Positions 40,464-51,938 of a DNA stretch of 64,000 nt are shown here, in pieces. Source of the DNA: Marsupella aquatica (taxonomy: Eukaryota; Plantae; Marchantiophyta); the NCBI GenBank assembly GCA_973895155.1, contig OZ316896.1, positions 17,472,754 to 17,536,753 on the forward strand, given 5' to 3'. Numbering within the stretch: position 1 is the stretch's first letter; every line of letters begins with the position of its first letter. Under the pieces are notes generated by a model. It saw only the letters and a list, made by a program, of their open reading frames with translations. It had not been told where the DNA came from and ran no database searches. A program made the position numbers and the translations under genes.

Positions 40464-43400
40464 CTACAAAGTAGCACGGTGTCTTGAGAAACTCTCCAAA
40501 GGAATCACTTTGGTAAAGGCATCAGCGGGATTGAGCTTTCCATCAATCTTGACTAGCTCAAAAGTTTTATCAGACACTGCTTGCCTGATAAAATGGTACC
40601 TGATATCAATGTGCTTCACCCTGCTATCCATCACCTGGTTAGCAGCCAAGTGAAGAGCACTCTGACTATCACAGTTTAGAGTCATTTTGCCATGCTCTAA
40701 ACCCATCTCCGCGATCAACTTGTCCAACCAAATTGCTTCCTTTGTTGCTTCTGCTGCTGCAACATACTCTGCTTTTGTAGTAGACTGAGATATACACTTC
40801 TGCAAGGTAGATTTCCAACTGATACATCCTCCTCCAAGAGTAAATACAAACCCAGTTGTAGATCTCCTTGTATCTAGACAGCCTCCATAGTCAGAATCTA
40901 CACTCGGGGGTTTCACTTCCACAAAAATGGCATATCACGTGCGACGAAGGATAGGGTCATTTTATTGGTTGTAAGGGAAGACTTAAGAATTTTTGTAGAA
41001 GAACAATAGGGTCTTTTAAATTCAATTTTGAGACTTATAAGAACATTAGGGCATTTTTAATCCAAATTTTGGAATATTCCAAGAATATTCCAACTTTATA
41101 GGGGTTAAAAAACAATATTTTTTTCTTACATTTTAGGGGGTCCAAGGCCTAAAAACGTCGCAGGTGATGGGGAGGTCCCCATGTAGTGAGACCCCCGAGA
41201 ATCTACATAGCCAACTAACGTTCTATCTGATCTGGCATCAAATAGTAATCCATAGTCCTGTGTTCCCTTCAGATACCTGAGAATCCACTTCACAGCTTCC
41301 CAATGTACCTTCCCTGGATTTGACTTGAATCTGCTGAGATTGCCCATCGCTAGGGCCAAGTCAGGCCTAGTACAAGTCATCAAATACATCAGACTGCCTA
41401 CTGCCTTCTCATAAGGAATCTTAGTCATCAGACCTTTCTCCACAGCATCCGTAGGAGAGAAAGCCGATGATAACTTGAAATGTGAAGCTAAAGGAATACT
41501 CACTGGCTTACTGTTCTTCATGTTGAATCGTGCAAGTACTTTCCTCGCATACTGGCCTTGACTCAAGCACAACTGTCCAGTATCAGAGTTCCTAAAAATC
41601 TCCATCCCTAAGATTCTCTTGGCCTTACCAAGATCCTTCATCCTGAATTCAGCACTCAATTTTGCCTTGAGACTGTCAACCTCAGATTGATCTTTAGCCA
41701 CAATTAGCATGTCATCCACATAGATCACTAGAATGATGAAACCAACCACATCATTCTTGACTGATTTTATATACACACAAGGATCATACACCATCCTTGT
41801 AAAACCTTGAGCAAGCATGAAATCATCAAACCGCTTGTTCCACTGTCTAGGAGACTGCTTCAATCCATACAAGGACTTGAGCAATCTGCAAACTAAGTTC
41901 TCTTGGACCTTCTTCATAAAGCCTAGTGGCTGTCTCATGAAGATCAACTCTTCCAAGTTGCCATAGAGAAAAGCAGTAACAACATCCATTTGATCCATCA
42001 CCAGACCAAAAAACACAACAAGCTGACATAAGATCTGAATAGTGGAATACTTAGCCACCGGTGAAAAGACCTCATTGTAGTCCACTCCTTTCTCCTGAGT
42101 GAACCCCTTGGCAACAAGCCTTGCCTTGTAGATCTTGTCTCCACCCTCTGAAGGACTGTCCTTCAACTTGCTGTCCACCACTTGTTGACCTCTTGGAAGC
42201 TCCACCAGCTCCCATGTCTTGTTGTCACTCAAAGATTGCAACTCCCTCTGCATTGCTGCATTCCACTCATGCTTCTGCTCTGAAGCACAAGCCTCACTGA
42301 ACGAAGAAGGCTCTCCTTCTTCCAAGATCAAAGCCATATCATCTTCATCAGGTGCAAGTCAATATCATCTAGCTTAGATGAGTCTGTCCATTGACCGTAC
42401 CTGGTAGGAGCTCTAGTAGAACGACTAGAAGTTCTTCCAGTAGATGACTCAGGCTGATTTGATGCTGCTGTTGGCTGAATTTGAGGTACCCCAGCAACAA
42501 TCTGCTCCTCTTGTTCCATCACAGGAACCAGCTCCAAGCCTAGAGCTTCCATCTCTCCTGTCATGAACTGCATCATGACTAATCTCCCCCTCAACCCGGT
42601 CCGGGATGGGAGATTTTCCCTTATCAGTATGGGAGTCCTGAGAACTCTCCCCCTCCTTTGATGATCTGGACTCATTAAAGGACACATCTCTACTGACAAT
42701 TAGTTTATAGGTTACTGGATCCCATAACCTATAACCCTTCACACCTTTCTGATAGCCAAGGAATATGCACTTCTTCAACTTGGACTCCAGCTTGGATCGA
42801 ATCTGGGAAGGTGTAAGCACATAAGCATCACATCCAAAATTCCTCAGATGTGAATAATCTACTGGACGCCCGTACCTAATTTCATATGGCGTCTTGAATC
42901 CAATAGAACTTGATGGAGAAAAATTTACCAAATAAGCTGCAGTGTTGACAGCTTCAGCCCAAAACTCATGTGGTAAACATGATTGACTCAACATACTCCT
43001 CGAGCGGTCCAATAGTGTTCGGTTGAGTCTCTCAGAAACACCATTCTGCTGAGGAGTATAACTTGTTGTGAGATGGAGGGTAATCCCCTGCTCCTTACAA
43101 TACGTTCCAAATTCTCTAGAACTGTATTCACCGCCATTATCCGATCGAAGATATCTCACCTTGTTACCAGTCTGATTCTCAACTTGGGCTCTCCACTCCT
43201 TAAAAGTGGCAAAAACATCAGACTTACTGTGTAGAAAGTATATCCACACATACCTTGAGTAATCGTCTATGAATGTGACATAGTATAACCGTCCAGAATG
43301 TGAGGGAGTAGGGGCTGGACCCCACACATCACTATGTACATACTCAAGTACCTCCTTGTTGGTGTGAGTTCCAACTTCGAAGGGTTTCCTGTGCTGTTTC

Positions 43401-44818
43401 CCAAGCACACAATGCTCACAAAATTCCAACTTACAAGACTACAAATTAGAAAGTAATCCTTTCTTCTGAAGAATAACCAAACCTTTTTCACTCATGTGGC
43501 CCAAACGGAAGTGCCACAGCCGGGCCGTCTCCTCATGAGATAAGGTTATATTGGCTTCATCACAAACTACACTGCCTTCCAAAACGTATAGATTGCTATG
43601 TCTTTTTCCCTTCAATACAACTTCAGTACCAGTTGAAACCTGAAGGACACCATTAGCAGAACTCCACTGATGGCCATTTGCTTATAAAACTCCAAGTGAA
43701 ATGAGATTTTTCATCATGCTGGGAATATGTCTCACATTCCTCAACGTTCTTACAGCATCATCAAACATCTGAAATCTTACAGATCCAAGTCCAACCACTT
43801 GACATGGGATTCCATTTCCCATCAACACTGAACCGTTGGAATCCGTGTAAGAACTGAAAAAATCTCTCCTAGAGCAAATGTGAAAAGTACATGCACTATC
43901 TAGAATCCAGTCATCACTACCTGGATTTGACACAACGTTGAGAGCAAAACCTTGGCATCACAATATGTCATCATCGTCAAGTAAATCTACCTCATGCGAG
44001 CTTGATGCCACGTTGGCAGATGCAGTAGGGTCCTTTACTTGACAATCCCTCTTCATGTGGCCAGGCTTGCCACATTTCCAACACGCAAGAGGCTTCCTCT
44101 CTTGCGATTTCCCTCTGGATTTAGATCTCCCCTGTGATGTAGATCTAAACCTGTTCTGCCCATTTGTGTGCTGCGCTGCTCTCCCACGGTTCACGTTCAG
44201 CGCAGTGCCAGAAGAAGATGTTGTTTGTGATTGACCCCGCTTCTTCTGAGCATCATCAAACAGTAAAGAGCTCACCACCTCATTATACGAAATGGACTTC
44301 AGATTTCTATACAAGAGCACCTGTTTCAAGCCCTGATATGACGGCGGTAAGGAGCTTAGCAGAAGCAAGGCCTTATCCTCATCTTCAACTCCTTTTCCCA
44401 GGTTTGACAGATCCACCGTAAGACTGTCAAATTCATCCAGATGATCCTGCATCTTGCTCCCTTCTTTGAGCCTGAGGCTCATCAAGAGAAACTTCTTGTA
44501 CAGCCGGTCTGACGCATCTTCCCGGTAGTACTTCTCCCTTAGAGCCTTGAATAGTGACGCGTAATCCGCATAATCATCCAGTTGCTTGATGATGTGCGGC
44601 TTGAGATATAGCATCACTGCATTGACAGCAATCACCTGCTCCTGTCTCCATTGATTCTCCGACATCTCCTCCTCTCCATCATACTGCTCTCGTGAAGAAA
44701 GCAAATAAGCTAAGCCCATGGCCCGTAGAACACCCTTCACTTGCTTCTCCTAGAGCAAGTAATCAGTACGACCATCGTACTTCTCCACCTCAAACTTTAC
44801 CCCTCCAAATCTAGCCAT
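40464..44818 (-). pseudogene. Copia gag-PR-INT-RT-RH polyprotein, disrupted by stops, frameshifts and a MITE
   Basis: Gag with CWKCGKPGHMKRDC; protease WILDSACTFH; integrase VHSDVWGP...LRSDNGGEY...PQQNGVSER; RT YKARLVAKGF, LYGLKQSPRQW, IYVDDML; RNase [16 protein letters not shown]. An in-frame TAG lies near 44750. Confidence 0.95.
40903..41199. mobile_element. 297-bp MITE with 15-bp TIRs and 8-bp TSD, inserted in the Copia RNase H
   Basis: TIRs ctcgggggtttcact / agtgagacccccgag (14/15 match). TSD AATCTACA at 40895-40902 / 41200-41207. Removing it restores GYVDSDYGG. Confidence 0.92.
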
Positions 44819-46220
44819 CTCCCTCTTCTTTCCAACTATCGACAGCTCTGGTAGTAACACAACTTCCTCCATTGCACGCCGCACCGGTGATTATACCGGT
44901 GACACTTGTTTCTCCTCAAACGGTAGCAGCTCCTCCTCAGACTCTCTGTCTGACCGTCGCGATGCTGAAGCTCCACCGACGCCAATTCTTCCAGTATCCT
45001 CCGAGTCACTCATATGAAACAATCACAAAAAAAACGTCTTTTTTTGAAACTTCTCACAAAACTCAAAACTCAACACCGGCGCGTAGCCCACGAAGCTAGG
45101 AGTCCAATACTGAAAGCCGAAATCAAAATCAAAATTCGATGGAAAAGTTATTCAAATTTTGGTCGGGGTGGGTAAAACCTTGGGAAACTCCCCCGTTTTG
45201 ACCACCTCGGAGAATAACCAAACTACCAAGTACAACCCGTCATCGGAATCACGATGTGATCGATGCGTCGTGTTGCTAGTTACTTCAGTGGCAACGTCCT
45301 CGCCGAAAAAGAACCAAAATAGTTACCATTCGGCGGACGGAATCTTTGTCGGACGGCCGAAAACCAGCTCTCTATTTTTTGGGAATATTCCCACATAGTT
45401 CGACAGGTCTCACAAGGGGCCGTTCCCCCTGTCCAAGCGGTTAAAATTCTGGGTCACCGGTCTTGGGAAAGCCAAAATTAAGAGTCGGGGAAAAAGGGTT
45501 AAAAAATAGGGCCCTAGAGGGGGTGCAAAGCCCCTTATGACCCAAAAATACCCTGTATAAAGGTCGGTAGTACGCGGGCAGGGCGTATGAAGGGGCGAAC
45601 AAGGAATGGCAGCGGAGCAGCTATGGCTGCATACGCAGCCTGATACAGGGTCGGGGGGGCGAAACGGCGCCGTGCGCCGGGGAGGGGCGCCGGCGCTCCC
45701 GAGTATCGCTGTCGTGGGGATTCCTTTTAGAAGGCAAGAATCCATATTATATTATTTGAGTTTATGTGAAGAGGGTTTTACTTAAAAGCTTCATAGTAGT
45801 ACTATTAGAGCATATATGTTACATTCTATATGTAGTATGTACATTTTACAATGGTACATAGTAGTTCCATCATTTACGCATAGTAGTTTTACAAACTAGA
45901 TGCATAGTAATTCCACCAACTACGCACAGTAGTTCCACCAACTATGAATAGTACTAGCACACTTATAGGTGCTTGATGCTTGCCCTCTTGGAAAACACAA
46001 AGGGGCACTATAAATAAAGTGAAGAGGAGCACACTCCCCTCATTCGCATTTGTTTGATTTATCGTGTCGGACTCGCAACATTGTAAGGAACTCTTTCCCT
46101 CTTGTGCATATGTCTTGTTTATTATTTACCTCCATGCTTGGGTACTAACTTGATTGTTAGCCTTAGAACTATTTTATGTTTTATGTTTATTAGTCTTGAG
46201 ATCAATTTAGTGTGCTTGTA

Positions 46221-46454
46221 ATGAATAATATGATAAATGGAGTACCTAGAGTTTATCCCCCACCTGCTGTGCCATTTGTCAATCTTTTCTTTATTAGAAT
46301 TCATTGTCTTAGCAAGCATACCATGAGAATGCATCTTCTTTATCATTTTGGGTTTGAGTTAATGGAAACAGTTATGAATAGCGATGCACCATTTGTATAC
46401 CCGATTGTTGTTTATGGAAATGAATGGAATGTAACTATTTTTATTTTATATTAG
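46221..46454 (+). CDS. LTR-encoded small ORF-A (77 aa from the first ATG; copy at 59536-59769), unknown function
   Basis: Open in both LTRs, downstream of TATAAATA (46009-46016). Aligns without gaps to the neighbouring ORF-B (IRxxCxxKxxxRxxLxxx[FY]GxE). Confidence 0.5.
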   Translation: MNNMINGVPRVYPPPAVPFVNLFFIRIHCLSKHTMRMHLLYHFGFELMETVMNSDAPFVYPIVVYGNEWNVTIFILY

Positions 46455-46700
46455 ATGGATTTTAATAGACAATCCGTAAATGTACCGGAGTTAGATTTGA
46501 ATAGGCTTCCTAATAATGTGTCTGATTTTCCTTCATCTATTGACATTAGAGTGGTATGCCGTAAGAAGGTTGATTGTAGAGATGTTTTAGTTAGAAAGTA
46601 TGGAGATGAAAGATACAATGTTATGCTTAGGATGCCAGAGCCTATGATTATATCATCTATGGTAAATCTTAAGATCATAGTCTTTGTTTTCTATAATTGA
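46455..46700 (+). CDS. LTR-encoded small ORF-B (81 aa; copy at 59770-60015) with a DLNxxP EAR-like motif
   Basis: ATG directly follows the ORF-A stop (TAGATG). Open in both LTRs. Contains ELDLNRLP. Appears homologous to ORF-A. Confidence 0.55.
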   Translation: MDFNRQSVNVPELDLNRLPNNVSDFPSSIDIRVVCRKKVDCRDVLVRKYGDERYNVMLRMPEPMIISSMVNLKIIVFVFYN

Positions 46701-47159
46701 CTTATCTAATTGTAGGATTCGTTGGAAATTTCAATCTATGACTTGACTTGGGAAGTAAGTTATGTGGAAAGAAGATAGGCCGATTCGAGACTTAGTGTGA
46801 GGAAGCCGCTCATCGTAGAGTGGGACAAAGGCTGTGAGAGATATTTTAGAGGATAACGATGAGAGAAATTGATCGACAAAGGGGATCGCAAGGGTAATGT
46901 GAGGTGAGAAAAAACGTATTTTGGAAAGGTTTCTTCCAAGATAGGAAAAACAAGAGCTCGGTGCTTCCCAAGAACTAAAGATTCCCCCGACATAAGTGGC
47001 GACCATACTGGGGAACTCTTGGGGCCTATTTTTGGAAGAAAAAAGGAAGTATTGTATTACTAGAAGAGGCTAACTTGCTTTACTAGACAATTGGTCTAGG
47101 GACACCTAGGTGGTGGGCGCCTATTCATTGCGAGAGAGTAAACAAGTTGATATATAGCA

Positions 47160-49333
47160 ATGCCTAACAGTACTGACATGGGAGACTCAAGTATGTCCCC
47201 CAACACTATGGACATGGATACCATGTCTAGAATGTTGTTAACTTTGATGCAGAGTATGAAACAAACCGATACAGCAGAAAATCAAAAGAGAGAGCAAGCA
47301 CATTGTGCAACAAGGTGCTTGAGGAAGGTTCTTGAGAAGAATGGGCAATTTGATGGTCGTAATGTAACTCGTTACATGAAGACCTATTGGCAAGAGGCTA
47401 CTATTGAGCAACTTTCAGAAGAGGTTGCAATTCGTCAATTTTCAACATTGGTGGAGCCAGAATTAAAAGGGATCGTTGATGCTATAGTTCTTGAGGCATC
47501 AAAAGACAAGACATGGAGGTGTTTTGAGAAATGCATGAAGGAGGAATTCCAATTGGAGGATGCTGATCGAATTACACAAGTGACATTTTGTGATTGGGTC
47601 CATGAGAGGAACAAGAAATTGGGGCCACAAGAACTATTGCGAGAGTTCAACAAGAAGTTCAATCAACTTCCAGATTCAGAGGCACAAGTCATCCGGATGC
47701 AGAGGTGTACTCTATTTCTTAGAGCTGCAGATGAGAAGCTAAGGGATGAGTTGGAGAATGCTTTGGATCTAATTGATCCAGATCGTACTGACTCTTCTAC
47801 AAATTGGGAGAACATTGAGAAGGCAGTGATGAAGGTAAGTCATCGACATAGAAGAAGAGACTTGGATCAAGAGGCTATCAGTGGAGTTCCAAGTCAAACC
47901 AAGACATCAATCACTACAAGGATGGATAACACTACTAGTGGGGGTGAGAAGAAGGAGATCAAGTCCACAGCACAAGAAGGCAAAGGAGGAGCAGTTGAAG
48001 AGCTTGCTAATTTGATGAGGAACTTGACCATTCTTACAACCCAAGTTCTAAACCAGACGCAAGCAACCAAGACTACAACAACAACAAATCGCACATGGAA
48101 TTGCATGTGGTGTGACAGCAAGGAGCATAGAAGAAATGATTGCACTGAACTTTCTGCAGCACTTCGAAATCGACTTGTGAAGTTTGTTGGTGAGCAAGGA
48201 CAAAAGAAGCTTGCATACTACAACACTGAGGAACTTATATCACTCAACAATAATCGTGGAGGGATGAGAGCCTTAGTGGAGAAAAAGTTGGCAACAGAAG
48301 GAGTAGACACAGCAGCAACTGTAATCGAGCCTAATGTTTTTGCTGCAACAAGTTGTTTTTCAAAAAAGGTACTTGATGAGACAGGAAAGAAAAAGCTTGC
48401 TGACTACATTCGTCAACAAACTGGATGGGATGCTCCTGTGTTAATAGCCCCAATTACTGTAGAAGTTGGAGCTACATGGGAAGCAAGAGTGGAGGACAAG
48501 CGCAAAACTCCTTCAAGTGATGAGCCAAGAGGAAAGATGCCAATAAGAGAAACTTCAGATTCACCAATGGAGGAAGAGAAGAAGAATGAGAAGTCAACCA
48601 AAAAGGGACCTGGGTGGATACTAGGCCGTGATGTGGAACAAACAATTGAACTAGAGAGAATTGCTGATAAGTTTTGGAAGCAAGAAGCCCGTGGTTTTAC
48701 AAATGAGGAGTTTTTTGGGAGTTTGAGGAAAGACATACAAGAAGCAATTCTTACAAGATCAAAGAAGAAACGTTTTTACAAAGAGGGTCCTCATGCTCTA
48801 GCTGGGGAGATGGAGGATTCAGACAATGAAGGAGAAACTAAGAGTGTGAGCATTTGTGCAGTACAAGTTGAAGACAACAAAGTTGAGGTAGATTCCTATC
48901 ATGCTAAATCTATAAAAGAAATGGAGTCATATTGGGCAAGAGCTTGTGATGAAGTTGAGGTGGAGCTGATTGGAGTCAAAGGTCCTATCAAGGCACTTAT
49001 TGATTCAGGATCAGAGGTGAATCTAATGTCAAGGGAGCTCTACAACCAAGGAAGGTGGAAGGTGGATCGAGACATCCAATGGAAGGTGAAATCAGTGAAT
49101 GCAAATCACAATTCTTTGTGGGGAGCTTGACCTGATGTGAAGCTTAAGGTAGGAAATGTGCTTGAAGACATCAATGTCTTTGTTCATGATTCCTTACCTT
49201 ATCCACTTCTTCTAGGACAACCTTTCATTACAGAATGGAGACTAGAGACTAAGGTTCTTGATGATGGCACTCATATGGCCAAAGTCAAGAGTAAGGATAA
49301 TCTTCGTGTTATCCAATTTCCAACAGTTCGCCC
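47160..49333 (+). pseudogene. Gypsy gag-protease ORF, interrupted by the nested element; the frame resumes at 55462 and ends at 55528
   Basis: FDGRNVTRYM gag N-terminus, zinc knuckle CMWCDSKEHRRNDC, protease ALIDSGSEVNLM...LLLGQPF. Premature TGA at 49128-49130. Confidence 0.9.
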
Positions 49334-49502
49334 TGTGGTATGGGTGTCCCTGCAATTTTTTCTGGAAACTTGTTTATTTTTAGCATATCACAAGATTTAC
49401 TTACACTTTAGACACCTTCCGGCCAACATTTACTTGTTCTGGACACTTATAGAAATATTTGACAACTCCGGCTTTCCTGACGATTCCTAGTGTACTTTGC
49501 CC

Positions 49503-49768
49503 GACGCTGTGACCAGCGCCCGTTTCTTTTACTCAAGACGCTGCGGAAGCGTCCAACCTCCTCATGACGCTTTTGGCAGTGCCCGACCGCCACCAAGACT
49601 CTATGAGGATTTCGACCGACGCTGTGGAAAGCGTCAGCTTCAACACACGACGCTGTGAGCAGCGTCCACCCTAGTATTGACGCTGTGAGCAGTGTGAGCA
49701 GCGTCCGTTGGTTTTACTTAAGACGCTTCTAGCAGCGTCCAGATTCTCCCGACGCTTCTAGCAGCGTC
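49503..49768. repeat. Array of 8-9 GACGCT-N6-AGCGTC palindromes with variable spacers (copy at 54239-54504)
   Basis: Units start at 49503, 49537, 49566, 49597 (degenerate), 49618, 49649, 49679, 49722 and 49751. Confidence 0.9.
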
Positions 49769-51938
49769 CGCTCAACACTTAGTTTTTGAAGTAGATTACT
49801 AGTAAAGTAGTATTCTACCACCCTTGTTGAAGTACTTATGCTGTGCTTCTCCCTTGTTTAGTTTTAAGCTTGGAAAGGCACGACTGTTCTTACCTCCTCC
49901 ATTTTAGGATTCCAGCACTTATAAGACAGAGTAGAATGCTCATTTGAAGTAGAGAGAAATAGAGTTAATACTGTATTCAGAATTGAGTCTTCTGAATAGT
50001 TTTCTCCTCCTTCCATTGTAACAAGGCATGCTGTGAGTGTTTTGTATGGAAGTAAAGCTATATTGATTGAAGTTAAGATTGAATTCAAGAGATTCCTGTG
50101 GTGATTGAATTCAGTTGCAGATTTCTGAAACTCGTATTGAATTCACTGCTAGGCTTGCTTGCAGAGTCGGGATTCGCTAGCCAATTCAAGAATAGTTAAT
50201 GATAAATGAGAAGTAAATTCTGATTCTCAGAGTAGTTAGTACTGTTGCTTTGATTCTGGAATATGGTTTAGAGTTTGACTGAATTGCGTATCGCTGATGT
50301 CAAACCATGTTGACGGCATTTTAAATCATATCATTCATTTGCAATCAGAAAGCTTCTGCTTCATCAGATTGAGAATTCCATTATCATTAACCTTTGTGTT
50401 TTGAAGAGTGAGATGGATGAATTATGAGATAGATTTCATGTCTATACTGAGCCCAAATCCTTTCTGAAGGAGTGGCAGTAGCTTGTAGTCTCTAAATCCT
50501 TACTCATTTCTTCTCTAATTCATAAATCAGAAGTTCAGTTACTTTGTTGTTTGTTTATTCGATTTTTTTATTGAGAAGTGAAGTCAACATAGAGCTCAAG
50601 ACTCTAAATCACTCGGAGTGATAAAAGTTATACAATTCATTTTGAAATCTGTTCTTAAAGGGATCGAAACCCTGGTTTTAGGTGAGGAGAGTCACTTTTG
50701 ATACTTAGCACTATACGACATCTTTTTGGCGCCGCTGCCGGGGAACGAATTTAAGATTGAATTGACGTACAGGCAGTGTATGCCAGAAGGAGCTAGACGG
50801 GAGAGGAATTCACGTTCTACTATAATTGTGAAGATGCGTCATCACTCCAGTTAAAAAGATGAAGAGCTTCCATTTCGAGGTGATGCCGTACTCTATCCAA
50901 AGCGCCCCGGAAGCTCTCTTAAGAGTATTGGAAAAATTTGTGGTGCCAAACTTAAGAGAAGAAACCGCCCTCCCACCAGAAAAGGCCTCACAGAGAGGAG
51001 CTGCTGCTCGTCAAGTTGCTTTGGAGATAGTCGAAGACACCAAAGACACTTTGAGTGACAAGTGAAGTTATTCTAACGTTGCTCGGGACGTATGATTTGT
51101 AAAATTGTCCAACCATCCTGGTTCGTGTGACCGATGCCACCTATCTGATCTTTGGGAACATTAAGAATTAGGAATTTGAGGAATCGTTATGTTAATTCTT
51201 GGGTTCTGAGCCTGAGAGGGAGGAATGGCATACATTGGTTAACTATCACCTGGTGGGAAGATGAAAGTTTGCATTTAGTAATATTAAGGCTGAATGGTAG
51301 GATCACACAGGAGTGATATTTAGTCATTTCCATTCGGGAGTTAGCGGAAAGAATCATGCACCAGGAATTGCGTAGAAGATTAGGAAGGAGTTAGACGTCT
51401 GATTAGTAGGATGGCCTAGTGTAGCGTACCATGTGGTAAAGAAATTTCAGGGTGAAGGAAGTCGGAGATTATGGGGAACGCCCGGTTCCAGTAATCGCCA
51501 CCGTAAAGGAGATAAGGAAGGACGCCGCGAAGAGCGTCCAATGCGATTCGTCCCAGAAGATTCCGCAAGTCAGGACGCTTCGAGTAGCGTCCGATCCCAG
51601 TGGACGCTGTGAGCAGCGTCCGGTGGAATCTGTGACGAACCAACGTGCGCGACGCTTCTGGTGTGCCTTTCCGCGTCTCAACCTGAAGGACGCACCAGAG
51701 AAAACGAGGTTTTAGAATCTCGGCTGGTCACTGAAGGGAAGTATTAGCTACGGGATAGCAAGGGGGAGGAATCATGCAAGGGATGTTGAACGACGCTACG
51801 GGAAGTCACTTTGAGGAAGCAGGTTCATATCTCCCGGAGTGGGGTGATAACGTCGCACCTAAATGGTGACTCCTTGCATAAAGACTCCTGAGGAGCGGGT
51901 CTGGTGTCTCAAAATCACCCGTGCTTGGAGAATGAGGG

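Noticed and set aside
49503-49768. CRISPR array
   Set aside because: The palindromic units vary internally, spacers are only about 11-16 bp, there are no cas genes, and the array lies in a eukaryotic LTR.
50859-51065. 68-aa ORF after the PBS as a gag remnant
   Set aside because: Too short and lacks a diagnostic gag motif; it cannot be supported without a profile search.
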